Source: Iphione sp. A-MEVVRFRX5
Lineage: Eukaryota
Reading direction: 5' to 3'
Length of the DNA stretch: 64,000 nt
Assembly: GCA_976226885.1 (NCBI GenBank)
Contig: OZ320319.1
Coordinates: 33,666,001 to 33,730,000, forward strand
Shown here: piece after piece, positions 1 through 14,337 of the stretch
How positions within the stretch are numbered: the stretch's first letter is position 1
Layout of the letters: every line of letters begins with the position of its first letter
Notes under the pieces: generated by a model
Seen by the model: the letters and a program-made list of their open reading frames with translations, nothing else
The model's database searches: none
Told to the model about the DNA's origin: nothing
Made by a program: the position numbers and the translations under genes

Positions 1-800
1 AAAGCACCAGTGACGAATGGGGGCCTAGCCCAAACTTGGTCAATGTGCCAGCAACTAGAGTCGGCCCAGCTGCATGGGCCCAAGCAGGATTGTCAATGAC
101 TCGAATGCTTCCAAGCCACATCATCCTGGCAGGTAGCATCCCTGGACAGGAACCTCACCTTCAGGACCCACATCACAAGGTTTATGAAAGGGGTGCACCA
201 AATGTAGCCACTAGATTAATCCAAATCAAACAATTAAAACTCAAGAAGGTCTGCGATGTTAACCCAGCCTTCAAGAAATTGGCCATGTGGGGTGAAGCTC
301 ATACCCTTGACCTGGAGGCCCTCACCAAGCTCTTGGCCTCTGGGCAGAGGGTGCAGATCCTGCACTTTGACCTAGACACTTGCACCATCTGGGTTTTCAG
401 GTACCTGAAACATTTCAGAGACACTTTTGACTATCCCACCTTGACATTTAAGCCATTCAAGGATAGGATGGTGTGCATCTACGAGTACATGTATCTGGTA
501 ACTTATATGACTGCCACGACACCCCTGACCACAAGGACCCATTGTTCGTGGGATATTCCCACAAGACACCAGTCATTGGAACAACACTAGCCAAGTACAC
601 AAAAGAGATCCACAAGGCATGTGGCCTTGACACGCACAAATTCACTGCCCACAGTTTGCATGCAGCATCAACCAGCAAGGTGCTGCAGATGGGTCTGCCA
701 CTAGACACCATCCTCAAAGCAGGAGGATGGGCACAGGCCTCAGACAATCAGCCAGTTCTCCCTGAGGCTGATCCAGCAGGCAGTTATGTCTAGCTGCATC
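1..800 (+). pseudogene. Decayed tyrosine recombinase of a DIRS/Ngaro-type retrotransposon
   Basis: Overlapping frameshifted ORFs 36-590 and 473-793 carry YR-like segments: LTKLLASGQRVQILH, LFVGYSHKTPV, KACGLDTHKFTAHSLHAASTSKVLQMGLPLDTILKAGGW. The HSxR arginine is replaced by H and the frame breaks before the catalytic Tyr region. Confidence 0.75.
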
Positions 801-1138
801 ATCCTTGACAGTGTATAGACAACATGAACTGTACATATGATCAGTAGACCTAGTAACCCCTAGAGGTGTAGCTTGGAGTTCGGTGCTTCACATGCCTATA
901 CAATTTTCTAAATTGCTTGCTTGTCATGTTTTAAGAAATAAAGGCCACTTGCCCAAATGTTTTTCTTAATTTCAGACTCTGTGTGCCCCTTAATTGAAGA
1001 AGAAGGACTTTGCTCCCAAATCTCCATGCCTTCGGGCATCAAGTCTGGGTGCCATGATACTGGTGCAGTACACAAATTATCCATTGGATGGCGTCATTGA
1101 CCATGTGAATAATACAGTAATTAAATGGGTTTACGCTG

Positions 1139-1349
1139 TTTGATTAGAATTTATCTAGTAGGAATAGTGATGTCATACCAAGGACCCACCCTGGGGAAAC
1201 TCTTAGCCACATTCGTTTAGGCCTTGTATCCCTTCCTCACCCATGGGATCCAGTATCCTAGTACCATATATGGCAAATAATCACTAGATTGCAGACGGCC
1301 CATTCCTTGGTATGATGTCACTATTCCCATTAAATCAATCCTAATCAAA
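1139..1349. repeat. Imperfect inverted repeat downstream of the YR remnant
   Basis: GGAATAGTGATGTCATACCAAGG (1161-1183) is 21/23 complementary to 1305-1327. TTTGATTAG near 1139 is complementary to CTAATCAAA at 1341-1349. Confidence 0.6.
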
Positions 1350-1409
1350 TGAATTCATTTCTATATCAGTAGTTGAAATATGGCGATATAATGTTTTTGG
1401 ACAGGATTG

Positions 1410-1790
1410 TACCAGGGAAGCTATAGGGTTAAGAATAGGGGATGGTATTGCAGCCTACATATGTCAGGGCTTTAGGGTGGAGGTACTTGGTGAAGGTTTG
1501 TGTTCTGATACAGATGGCCACATATTTACTCTGCGAGGTAAGCCTGGAATGAGGAAAAGGCAGTATTTCACTGCTATATATATAGAAGACCGACTGGAAA
1601 CATTAGTAGGTTTGTAGATAACCTAGAGGACTACAAAGACTACAAAATATGATGGCAGGGTGGTGACCATTCTAGGTGACATGAATGTGGACTAGCAACG
1701 GGGATCAGGGACAAAAGATAAATGGATCAGGATGGTCCCTGTTTCAAATCTACGCAGCTGACGAGGTCCCACATAGATCAGAGAGAGTCC
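1410..1790 (+). pseudogene. Degraded APE-endonuclease fragment of a LINE (CR1/L2-like)
   Basis: Pieces in shifting frames read GDGIAAYI, YIYRRPTGNISRFVDNLE and TILGDMNVD, matching the GGGVA.Y, YRPP and GD.N motifs in the right order. Stops and frameshifts are present. Confidence 0.5.
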
Positions 1791-3377
1791 AACCAAGGTA
1801 CGACCAAGGGTGACAAGTTGGGAGGAAGGGTACTCTTTGTGCTGTAGACACCTCTGAATGTGTGGCTTGCATCAAAGGGACTAGAACTGAGGTACTTAGC
1901 TTTGAATTCTAGCGTATATCCAGGTTAACATGTAAAGATATCCCTACAGTCCAGAGGAAACTGCATTAGTATTGTAGTTTGTGAGTTAAATAAAGCACTA
2001 TGATTCTCAGTCTTGGTTTCAAGTCTCTTTATTGGCCTCATAACACCCATATATATAGCATAACCATGGTCACATGACTAACAACAGGTGTGACCAGTCA
2101 GAATCAAGTCATATCACATATTTGCTACATTGTTACCAATTAACTACAGTATGGAATGTTTTAGCTAAATTGTATCAGACCAATAATACTCTAAACCAAG
2201 AAGACTACCCTAAACTGAGCAACTAAGCCTAGAATTGTAGTTAAAGATGACTGGAAATGGTAAGTATTAATTTTTCATAATATGAAAATAATTTTGATTA
2301 GAAATCGTGAGGTCTATTTTTTCAAAGATGAAAATGGAGAGTTCAGAGGATGTGTTCAGGAAAGTTAGGGATGTTGTAGTTCTACTAACTGTAGTCTGTT
2401 GTTTAAACAATCGAAAATATGATAATGAGTAGACTTGCATAACACACAGCCACTGACACTCTGATGTTTAGATTAGGTCATGAAGGTTTACCACAAAGAG
2501 GCATTATATTCTGCCAAATATCTTCCATAGCAGTTTTCAATCAATGTGTGCCATTTTGTTTGGGATAAAAAGGTGCAAGCATGGAGTGTGGATTCAAATA
2601 CACTACACTCCACAAGCATGACGCATTTCTGAGGTATTACGCACAGGGATGGAGTGAACGTATTTTCGTGGTTTTTGATAGAAGCGGTAAAGATCTAAGC
2701 CATTATAAAGCTTATAGCTATAATTACCTACACAGTGTCTATCACAGATGACAGAAATAGGGCTGATAAATAGCAATTAATAATATACAAACATTTGATA
2801 TAAATTTTACAGTATCCTATTAGCCCTCCGCCGGACAACCCTGAGTACCATTACAACATACTCTTTACAAGTTCTTTTTCTGACCTTGCCTCGAAATTAC
2901 GTTCGTGGGATCTCTATTACGACATCATAAAAGGTAAATAATGACAACATTGTAACTGGATACTTTTTATTGTGACAGTGGGTCAACTGACATTGTTTCT
3001 TCATTAATATCTTTGCTTTGTCAGTCACCCGGCCTACATATATTTTGCTAGGAACATTTCCAATGAATTAAGAAGTGGGTGTGGGAACCTTTATGATTGG
3101 ACAGAATATCCACTCTCTTAGTTCCTCTACGGCAATTTCCATGTAATGGAAAGTCAGTTTGGAAAATGGCCAATATTAGTAAAAATAGATGTGATAATAA
3201 TTCAGGAACATTCTAAAAAAATATTCTTAATCATCACGCGTATAAATGGTCTGAGTCTTCGAAAGCGTATGCCTCTATAGTTGAAATTACAGTAGTTCTA
3301 ATCAGTCAAAGGAGCTCAAAGTTCGCATCAAACAATTGTTCCGAATTGAAGCAGGAAGGGGGAAAAGGCAGACACAC

Positions 3378-3443
3378 GTCAGTGCAGTGGTGAAGTACTG
3401 GTTCTCAAAGCTAGGGTTGACAGTTCGATTACCTGTCTCGACA
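3378..3443 (+). other. Degenerate tRNA-like/SINE head
   Basis: A-box-like TGCAGTGG and B-box-like GTTCGATTAC at tRNA-like spacing; the cloverleaf stems do not pair. Confidence 0.3.
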
Positions 3444-6400
3444 GACTATAAGGGATTGGTAGTCTGTCGTCTTTAATCCTGGCTCTCAAAATCTAAGCCA
3501 TGGCCTTCTCGGGGTAGATCCGTTTGCAATTGATACCTCTGAGCCATACACAGCGATCTGTGGAAAAATTTGGTATGGATAAATAACGTATACTTCCATA
3601 GGTACTGCATATGAAACCAATGTAATGTATGTGTTAAAACACGATGAAATACCATAATAAGCGTAGCTTTCCAAAACATTTGTTTTGCGGACGGCATTAC
3701 TTGAATCTTTCCTGTCAGGAAATATTATATTATATACGTTATTTTACGTGTATTATATACCATTTAAAAGAGAGGCATTTTTTATTTGCAATTCCATTAC
3801 AAGATAAAGGATCATTTTGACGGCTGTCAGGGTCTCATAGAATTTAGAGCTGTAGTCCTGAATTTTGTTATTGATGATTCATTTTTATATTTAGCACTCT
3901 TGAGCTGCACAATCAGATGGAAGCCTAATTTTTCTTTTGTAAGCTGAATCTCCTCGTCATGATTGATATACCTATCCCCAAAGTGTATACGTTGTATGCA
4001 GTCCACTCATAAAAAGACTACCGCATTTTCCATATATTTTCACATGGCGCCATACGCAAAAGGTACTTCATTGTCAAATGTGTGTTCCAACTCAAATGTC
4101 TGGAGCCATTGTGCCAACAAGTAAACCAATCAGATTAAGATATTTAGTCTGTTGAACTAGAATTGTGTACCAAAACTGCTAATATAAGTAACAGGAGAAA
4201 TATAACTTTTAACGAGTATTAAATCTGATTAATACGCGTTTTTACTCAACTAAACACATGCATCAAGCCTTGGTAGATTTGCTCGTCTAAATGGCCCAAT
4301 TTAGGGTGCAGTCCCAGTCGCGGATGTAATTATTTATACATATAAAATAGACATAGGTTTTCGTGCAGAATTACTACGCTGCACTGATAAGATGGAGATC
4401 GATTTATTACGAGTGAGGACAAAAGGTTTATAATTTTATATTTCATTAACCACCTTCTAGTCTGTATTCTGTTGTTACCATGTTTGTGGCACAAAGCCAA
4501 CACCACAGCGTCAGGTTTGATATCAGCCTTTTTTCTTCTTTAGCAACTAGTACAGCAAGTCAGCAATTGAGCAGCAACAGGAAGGTGAGTCCGACCAGAG
4601 TGTTGGTTCAACTCTCTTAAATACTCTACTTGCCAACAGTGACAACGCAGTTACCTCGCGTCAAACGGAAATAGTCATTAATTACATATCAACTTCACAA
4701 TAGGTCATTATGACTAAGATATCATGACGTCACAAGCACCCGGCATCTAGGGCCTTGTAAGGGCTCACTGATAACATCTTCATTGTTCACACAGTGACTC
4801 AACATGAAATACAATGGCTTTACACAGTTTTATAGGACTAGTTTGGCATAGCATTGATATGAAGAACATGAGTACTTGTTAGACAAAAAATTTGTTTTTA
4901 TGACTTACAGTACTTCGTAGTAGGGCTTTACTTCAAGTATTTCTATCTGTACACTATACAATAACAACACATCATCACCTTTATCCGGACTGTGTTACAT
5001 GTTCATCATAATTATTAAGATAACTGGCAGTTATCAGCATGAAATATACATCTTACCCTCTCGTCGCCAGGAATTTATCAAGGGTCTGATGCTTTCACAT
5101 TGCAAATCCTATATGAGAGTCATAATGGATTAGAGATACCTAGGAGAGTTCTTTTGGAGGAACTGCTATTTAAATGTTTAGTGAGCTCTTCCATATATAT
5201 ATGCTCTTCCTGATGGTTGTCTCTTGATATGGACGGGACAAAAAAATAAAGGAGGAACACGAGTTTTTGTATAGCTTATGAAAGTTAGGTAGGGAATGAC
5301 CTAGTCTCATGTATTGTGCAGGTGTGAAGTCTACTTTTACCTTTGATGAGGTGAACATTTTGTCAAATGGCCAAAATTTACATAATTATGTAACATACGC
5401 AATGTGCATAATAGACTGAGCTTTGATGGGATGCACATCCTTCTTTGAAACCATGGCAGTCCATTTCTAACATCTTTCGCAGTAACCCCTTCTTTTACAG
5501 GTCTTCAATGAGGAGATTTCAGCCCTCACTTGGCTGCTTGTGCGCTATTCCGTTGGACAATTATCCAAAATATGGGGATCCCCTCTTGGAGGTGAATTCT
5601 GAGTGGACCTTTTGTAAAGGAAACAATTAAGCAAATATTTGGTCCGCTGTGGGCATTTGGCTCCTACCTGGAGGTACTCACCAACTGAGGTTTTATTTAA
5701 TGTAAATCATTAAGATATCGCAGAACGTGAAACGTTAACAGATTTTCTCATTTTTTTCCTCCTCATTGATGACCTTGCAGTGAATAAATATCAGCAATGA
5801 TATCGAAACTAACCACATGCATATCACTAATACGGGCGTAAACGCTAGCAATCAATTAATCGCCAGCGCCTTGGAAGATGACGAATAGCCTAGAAACAGC
5901 GATTTCTCAAAATATATTGGCATTTGACAGCTCCACAATTCTTGGACATACCAAGCATATTATGAATGTTAATTAATTTGAAATTCTGCATGAAGCGAAG
6001 AGGTCCACACGCTATGCTTACATGGTTTCGTATGCTGAAGATCAGAATCAGCCATCCCTTTAGGACAAAGCACATGTTAAATAGAGACAAAATGCCTCCC
6101 GTCTACACTCTTTGTCCTGCAAGTTACAGACTTTCGTGAAGTCAACTGGGATCGACTGAGTTTTGCTATTGATCACCAAGAACATTTATCCTATCGTATT
6201 TTTGTACGAACTTTAACTGGTCTAGTTTTGTGAAGATTGTTGGTATATATTTTCACCAACGGATATAAGCATGCACAAAATCAACTCAAAGGTAACGACC
6301 AGACGACCTGATGCGACTGAATCAAATGGAAGTGAAGATTAATGATATAGTACATGGAAAAACCGTTCATAATATTGTGGCAATATTACAAACAAGGGGT

Positions 6401-9400
6401 AATTTCACTTGTTATAACGGAAAAGAATGCAGATACATGAACTGTACTTCATAATGATATTGTGACTCATTTACGACTTGTTCACGAAACCGAAAGCCTG
6501 TTATGATAAGTTCAAAAGACAGGAACCATGTAAACGTGTAACAGTCCGAACAAGAATGTTGGCACATTTTTAACTGAGACATGTAGCCGTAGTTTATTAT
6601 ATACACAATCGATTTTCCCACTTTTACATGGATATTGACGGGATAGCTCTGTACGTCTTGACGGAGAGGCAATAAAGATATTTGAATTTGAATTTGAAAA
6701 TTTGAACTTACATATGAGTTCATTCCGGTAACTCTGACCAACTTGAGCGCGATCTTCCAGATGTGAACAACAGGCATTCTGTATTACATCTTAGAAGACA
6801 AATATTTGTTAAAAGGATTTGAGCCTTCACTTATGAAGCCTGGTTTATTAGTTGTTCTCATTTTCAGTTGAAGGCCGTTTGTTTTTATTTCTGCCTAGGG
6901 ACACATCACCCAGGGTTGCCCTCTGCATTCCCTATAAAAGTAATTCCCATTAAGTTAGATCACGTGGCCTTGCGGTAGTACCTGCCAGTCTCTGAGCTGA
7001 CATGTCAGTTGTCGACTATACACAGCCACAAACACCAAAGTGCCATAGTGACACGCAGTGACACAGTGTGACACGGTGAGACAGAGTATGACAAATTAAC
7101 AATAAAAACACCTACCTATTTTTCAGGCCTAATTATGGGGAAATAATAGAAAGACATGCTGACGGAAAAAACTGAAGCACCTATATTTTCACAGAAAAAA
7201 AGAAAAGAAAAAAAGTAAAAATGACAAAATAAAGGGGAAAAGGCTTAATTTGTTATCAGTTATAAATTCAAAAAGAACAAAAATTTTCGAGCCAGTCCTA
7301 TTTTTAAAGACATTTCTTGCTACAAAAGTTGGTCTCCAACGATCGTAGCCTTGAATATACTTATTCAAAATGTAAGGTGAGGGCGACTGCTACTCTGTGA
7401 AGTGTCATGTGTCCGACGCAAGATCATATTGCACCTTGTTCGTGAACAAGAGGTAATAATGATGAAAAAAGTAGCCAAGCTCCAACGTGTATGATATGAA
7501 AGAGTCCGTATTTCGAGTTACCAGTCCGTCAGAGTTCTCCTTGGCACCCATTGCCATATGGGTGTATTTCTTCGTGTGTCTTTATATCTCATGTTTTATG
7601 CTATAAATATATTAGTCCTTGGCATAAAATCTTTTTTGATCATCCACTTATAATTTTTATGGAGAAAATACATTCTAGGGTCAGGGGAGGTAGCCATGCC
7701 TATGAGATTATGTTTAACAATAGACCAACATCCCGCCATTATGCGTGAAGGCCGGAGATCGTATGGTTTGTTATGTCCTCCGGTTCATCTTTTCCTCAGT
7801 TTGCACCTGTCTATAAAAGGCTTGGCGTCATTTCTTTTCACCTATAAGAGACAAATAGGCCTAACTACAAGGTCTACCTTCTTCGTGATTGAGGGTTCTT
7901 AAGGTTCTTTTAATGGACACATTTTAGCACAAGCCATAATTATCTTATTGGTAGTCTCCATTCTGTACAGCCGAGAATATCTTTCTTCCATTAAGAAATA
8001 TACATCATGTTCTTTACTGTATCTCGAACACGGTCGACCAATTTGAGTTCCATGTTAATTTTAGATGCAATCTGACAAGATGTAGGACGTTTTATAGAAG
8101 TTGTCGTGAATGTAATGGACATTCCACAAAGACGCCCTTAACAGTATTATTGCAGCTGGTTACTGATTTATTCGACATACAAATAGGTATTAAATTTGAC
8201 CTTAAATATAAGATCGAAATTTTAAAAAAGATATATTACTTGGATTTATCTTGCACAGAAACCAGTCTAAGCCCATGTCCAAGAGGTTACGGGAAATGTC
8301 CAGTTTTGTAATGAAATATTTCATGCATTTAGGCCCGTTGAATATGCCTCTAGGAGATTTCTGATGGATTTTGCATTTAAAGATGATAAGAAATTTTATA
8401 TGGCAAAGTAAAGGAACCGCCATCGATCACATGTATGTGTGTACACTGTGCGATATCAAAACCTGCAAAGCCCCATTTTTTCTTTCATGATTTAGGGGAA
8501 AATTATTTGCATAGGATGAAGAAAGAAAGGAGCCAATAACCATACCCAAGGAGCGTCTTGAAGCAGGCCTATGACTACAGACGTATTTAGCATGCATGTT
8601 GCCGGGTGTAAGGAATAGAATAGAATCAATAAAACATATCCATATCATTCTATTTAAACGCACATTTCTGTGTCCTATTAAGGTCTTAACTTAAATGATG
8701 ACCGTAACACAGGCGTGGGACTATATTAGTCTGAACCTTGTTATGAGGACACTTGCCCTGCTGCTTCACACAAGTACCAACACACGTGCAATGTTTCGAT
8801 GTCAGTGCCGAATGCTGATGTTCACATTCAACAGACAGAATGTCCAACAGCAAAAGCTCTTTGCAACAGCCAAAGCGGCTGTCTCAGCACCTCTTGGATA
8901 CCCTAGTCACAGCTGGGTGCTCATGCAGCACATTGATGAAGGCCGGCAGACAGGCACCTCTAACATATCAGTGACTGAACGGGCACATATCCAATTATAT
9001 GCTACATATGTATATATGTGTGTTTCTCTCGCTTTAATTGCACGTCATATTTACAAAATGTAGGTATAGGATCTGGACATAAATATACCTGTATAAGGGT
9101 TTTACCCTCATACCTACTATATATCATATGAATGTGTGTACGTGTATACGGGTATACGTTTTATCCATTGCTGCACAAATATTCAGACTGTCATTTTATA
9201 CAGTATCTAAAAAGGCACCATAAAGGGACATTTTCAAGTCTTAAACAACCAATTTTATGGAACAAATCTGAAATCAATATAATAGTAACCTTGAAGCCGT
9301 ACAATAATCAAAATATTAATCAAGACATGGGAATTAAGGGAATGACGTGATTCTGTGATGGAGGATAACTGTCGGTCGGTTCAGTGGTGAGTTTAATATC

Positions 9401-12400
9401 CTTCTCATTGTTTTGAAACGTTCCATTTTCCGCCGTCTTTTTTCATTATTTCCGTGTCTCTTATAAGATATTTATGGAGATGTATTATATGATACAATTT
9501 ATTTCGATTTTACAAGTACTTGGAGACAGAAGCTCTCCAATATCATTGGTTTTGCTGTAATAGGAAAAGACACCGGACTTATGGCTTCGGCATTGCCATC
9601 CGTCGACGTAGTTTCAGTAGAGGTACATTAAGTTTTTATGTGTCCGTTCTCTTTCTCATATTAATCACAACAAATATGAATATAACGTCCGATTCATGTG
9701 TCGCCCCAAATCGTCTTTTGTTTGTATTTTACTTGCAGGTTTTCCCTATTCATTCTTTACATGTACATTGGAATAATCTCGCTCAGGCAGCAAATTGTTA
9801 ATCGTCAGTATTTTTTCAAATGCTTGATATGAAATTAGAAACAAAGGTAGCTTAAAACTGGAAAAAGACATAATGCGTTCTTCTCAGCATGAAGCTGTAA
9901 CGTTAGGCGTCTGGTCAGTTCCATAGAGGGGCTTCGCTACTATTTTATGCTTAGACGCAGGACCTGTATAGTGGAGACAAATATTCACCATTGCATGCAT
10001 GTGGAAACAGGACACACATATTTCGAAATTGCGGTAGCAAATGTAGTTATTAAATATCATTCTTCCGATCGTTTCGTCTCACATTATTTACTATTCATAT
10101 TTGAGGAAAGCCGTTCTATTGCATTGTCTTAATATCATCTGGTAGACTTATGCCTTTTCAATAGATAACATACTGCGACACTGCCACATGAAGTAAAAAT
10201 AAAGATCTTATTTCTATTCTAGACCATTTTAGGAAGTTTCCATAAACTGAACTTCGCAGCCTGCCTTTTAGCGACGTGACAAATATCGTCATGAAAAGGT
10301 TAATTGACCTGAAGCTTAGAAAGCCTTCTAAGATTAGGCAGCTCTACCACACAAGCAGACAATACTTTGTCCTCTCTTTGAAATGCTCCTTACTCTCAAC
10401 TAGGTTAAAATCAGGAGAAACGTTCGTGGAAACTGAACTTTGGTTGGAACAGAATTGACGTGAATGTTTTATGTATGCCTTCTTTTAATAGATTAAAAAG
10501 CCACAAGATTCCCACGTCATTGTTTTTATTTTCCCCATCGTCATCCATACAAGAAGGTATAAAGATAGCATTTAGAGATCCTTTTCTAGAAAGGACCGCC
10601 TAATTAAGATCTACTGAAAATCGTACTTTGCTATATTACAACTGACAGCGAGTTTTTTTTTTATCTCCTTGAGAAGTACGTTTATTGCGCTGACACACAA
10701 CATTTGATATCACATTACTTATGCCAATGATGTCAAAAAGGGGCTTCCTTGAGTTTTCCCTATGTATAAATAACCAGCTTTTATCTTATCTTAATATGAT
10801 TTTTAATATTGTGAATTTTCAGTTTAATTATTGTCAGATTTAGATTCAGATACTACAATAATAATTGGCAGAGAGAGAATAACATTAAGATGTGTGTAGG
10901 GAGAGGTCGGATTAAACCGGTTTTTATACAGAGCAAGAAATTCTTTAAAGTGCAAGCAACAGAAAACCTTTACCTGCAAGTGACCGCCTCAAATAATAAT
11001 CCCAGTGGTAAACGTCTTAACAAGGAAGTAGGAAAGCAATGTTGGTAACCATCATCACATTTGTTATAGCTCATAACAAAACCTTCGAATATCGGGGAGA
11101 CCGCCTATCGTCTTCCAAGTTGTCAGTTTCTCCACTTCTTAAGAAAAATACCTGCGAAAAATATCGCCAATCCAATCTCTCTTTTTGGCACCAATTGCAC
11201 TTCGCTCGAGCACATTTGGCATTTCACTAACGCTAAAATCCATGTACAGCCTCCTAACACCTGATGGGCGTGATCAAAAGATAAATCGCCAACATATGAA
11301 CACAAATATGCAACAATATCCCGCCATATATATCGAGATACACAATAGACAACAGCTATCTTCACTTGGGATGGACGGGACTAGACCACATCGACAAATT
11401 CACAGAGTGTACTGCGTTCCCTTCCTGTCTACATGACAGGTTAGTTATACGTTGAACAATGATCCCATTGTAATGATGTGTGTGTGGCGTCCTCTTCATT
11501 TTGACCAACAGAATGAAAGCCAGCTGTAAGGCTTGATCATTGCAACTCATGCAGTGTCTAATAACGCTGTATACTACTACCATCATATGCATCAAGACGG
11601 TGATGAATACCGCATGATTCTGTCACTGTGGACATTCAAGAACATTTCATATATCAGTACATCATTTTCACGATAAATATAATATCACCCTTCTGACGAA
11701 ATATCACGCATTGCTTTGGTCACTCAACTACCTTTGCAACTATAATCTATTTGTTGATCATGTTAATGGCAAATTGGGTAGTATTGTTCCTATCATGTAT
11801 TACCTGATGTGTATTTACAGAGCAGCAGAAATGTCCGTCAGTAACAACTGGGAGAAATACTCGAACGTGTTCTCAGTCTGTATTATCTCTAAGAGGATGA
11901 ACTTTAAATCAGACAACAATTTAATTAAACAACGAAAGAGAAGGCCGACGACTGGAACACTTGTCAAATCTGTATATTTTGTCGGTAGATATTCTTAGTG
12001 TCATTACTGACCCAACTTTCAGAATATGAACATTAATATCACTGAAGTACTACTTGAAGTTATTTTGGATATGCACAGATGTGTACATTTATTTGTATTT
12101 ACACATGAAAAGTCCTATGGAATAAACTGACAAATCTTGATCCAGCCGTGTTCTGAAATGTTATGATGAATAATTTTCTTGATATGCATATGAACACCAG
12201 AAAACAATGCACTTTGCACACATGCTATTATACTGATAAATTAACACCAATATGTATTGCTAGCATTAAACCAATTACCACGTTTATAGGTTCCTAATAC
12301 TTTTTAAACACTTAACTGGTGTTTATAAAAACGATAAATTGTTTGATGTCTAGGAACAAAGGTTATATAGATGCTAAACTCCCCCTTGTTGAAAGTGTAA

Positions 12401-13185
12401 GCAATTGACCATTCGTATTCCCTATAAACAAATTAAGATATTAATGGCCAATACATTTTTGCCGGGCACTAAATCATTTGTCAGTGGTTACTGTGAAATC
12501 ATATATACTGTCTCGGTGAGTCTTTCAGTTGTTTTATTGAGTGGCACCTTTCTAGAAAGATTCGAAATGAAATATATCTATCGTGGGTTGGAATTATGAT
12601 CACAAAATCACCAGTATTTGATCCTACTGTAAACATGAATAATAAATAATTTCTCATATCAGTCACCATTAGGAAATCCCTCATCCCGAAGCTTTGTAAA
12701 GACACATACATTATATCTGACCTCAATCCAAAAACACTTCATCGACACTCATCGTCCTCTCCTTAAAACCAGGAAGAACATATATATATATATATTTGTT
12801 GCAGGTGATCCTTTTTTGTGTGTGCACAGTCACGTAGAAAAATAGCTTCAACAATTTTCGACTATCCTTGATAATTCCAACGTTCGTATTTACAATAGAG
12901 ACGAGCAGTTCATGTTCACCACTCCTTGACCTTACGGGATGCTTCTACAAAGTCCAAGTGTTGGACTTGATAAAATGAACATGTTCACAACATCTAACCA
13001 GCTAATACTTGCGTCACGTAATTCACATGTTCAACACCATGTACAGTCAATGATCACTACAGGATTGCACCCCGTTGTAGCAGGTGGTCGAAGACCCTCC
13101 ACCACGAAGGGTCACCATTAACGTTAGCGAGACCAGCCTGGGCACGGCTGACTCCTAGCAATGGTCACCTCGCCTGTCAACCCGC

Positions 13186-14337
13186 TCAGTCACTTAGGCT
13201 GGAAATGCCGGTGAGGAAGTTCGTGTCGCTGTGCATGATGCCGCGGCACCGGTGGCAGCACAGGATGCGCGTGAAGGCGCGCCGGAAGGTTCGGTTGAAG
13301 AAATAGTAGAGGAAAGGGTTGATGGTCGAGTTGATGTAGCCAAGCCAGAGCACCATCTGCCAGGCGGTGAAAGGGATGCGGTAACCGATGATCGGGTCAA
13401 TGACGTTGAAGATGAAGAAAGGACACCAGCAGGTCGAGTAGGTGCCCATGATGATGGAGAGCGTCTTGGCCGCTTTCCGTTCGTGTCGCATGCTCTTCTC
13501 GCGCTTCTGCTCGCCCAGGGTGGTCATCTCCAGGCTGCGGATGCGCATGGCCTGCCGTGTGGCCTCCTGATAGATGCGCACGTTGACCATGAGCATGAAG
13601 AGAGTCGGCACGTAGAAGATGACCAGCGAGCCGATGAGAGCGAACGGGATGTTGACCAGGAACATGCACGCCTTGCCGTCGGGCGGCGTGTGGCATTTGA
13701 TGACGTCGTCGATGCCGATCTCGTTCCAGCCGTTGAAGATGGGGATCCAGGAGATGAAGACGGGAATGGTCCAGCAGCAGAAGATGAGAACAAACACCGT
13801 GCGCCGCGTCATGATTTGGTGGTAAAAGAACGGGCAGCAGATGGCGATGTAGCGATCCATGGCTAGGCAAGACAGGTGCAGGATCGACGTCGACGTCATC
13901 ATGACGTCGAGACAAGACGCCAGCTTGCAGACGATGCTGCCCAGCTCCCAGTGTAGGTTGACGTGTAGGTTGTAAATGCCGAACGGCATAACGAGCAGCG
14001 CCACGAAGATGTCCGCCACGGCCAGCGACAAGATAAAATAGTTAGTGAGCGTGCGCATCTGGCGGAACATGGACACTGAGCAGATTACGACAGAGTTGCC
14101 GAAGACGGTTAACAGTACAATGAGGCTCAGCACAAACACAATGGCCGACGATTCCCCAGGGGAGTAGTTTATGGGCGGCCCGCTGGCGGCCGCGTTGACT
14201 GCGCCGGACGAGTCTACCGACGCCGGGCAGGGAGCGCTTCCGTTGGCCACCACTTCGTCGGCGGCTGCGCTCGGTTTGTGGATGAGCGTATGACCCATGG
14301 CGGCTGCAACGACAGCTGCAGATTCTTTATAGCTCAT
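13186..14337 (-). CDS. HTR4: Class A aminergic GPCR, 5-HT4 serotonin receptor-like (383 aa, single coding exon)
   Basis: Seven hydrophobic segments, TM1 GN, TM2 LAVAD, TM3 Asp (CLDVMMTS), DRY, CWCPFF and NSTINPFLY. ECL2-TM5 (GWNEIGIDD...CMFLVNIPFA) and TM6-7 (KAAKTLSIIMG...DPIIGY...LWLGYINS...FRRAF..ILCC) closely follow vertebrate 5-HT4 as I recall it. Confidence 0.9.
   Translation of the reverse strand: MSYKESAAVVAAAMGHTLIHKPSAAADEVVANGSAPCPASVDSSGAVNAAASGPPINYSPGESSAIVFVLSLIVLLTVFGNSVVICSVSMFRQMRTLTNYFILSLAVADIFVALLVMPFGIYNLHVNLHWELGSIVCKLASCLDVMMTSTSILHLSCLAMDRYIAICCPFFYHQIMTRRTVFVLIFCCWTIPVFISWIPIFNGWNEIGIDDVIKCHTPPDGKACMFLVNIPFALIGSLVIFYVPTLFMLMVNVRIYQEATRQAMRIRSLEMTTLGEQKREKSMRHERKAAKTLSIIMGTYSTCWCPFFIFNVIDPIIGYRIPFTAWQMVLWLGYINSTINPFLYYFFNRTFRRAFTRILCCHRCRGIMHSDTNFLTGISSLSD

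Noticed and set aside
1973-2086. Short TG...CA segment with TATA and AATAAA on the minus strand, resembling a solo LTR
   Set aside because: No target-site duplication and no second copy in the window.
13194-13915. Several long alternative ORFs over the receptor gene (e.g. 13231-13866 +)
   Set aside because: Shadows of the GC3-rich GPCR coding sequence; no independent protein features.
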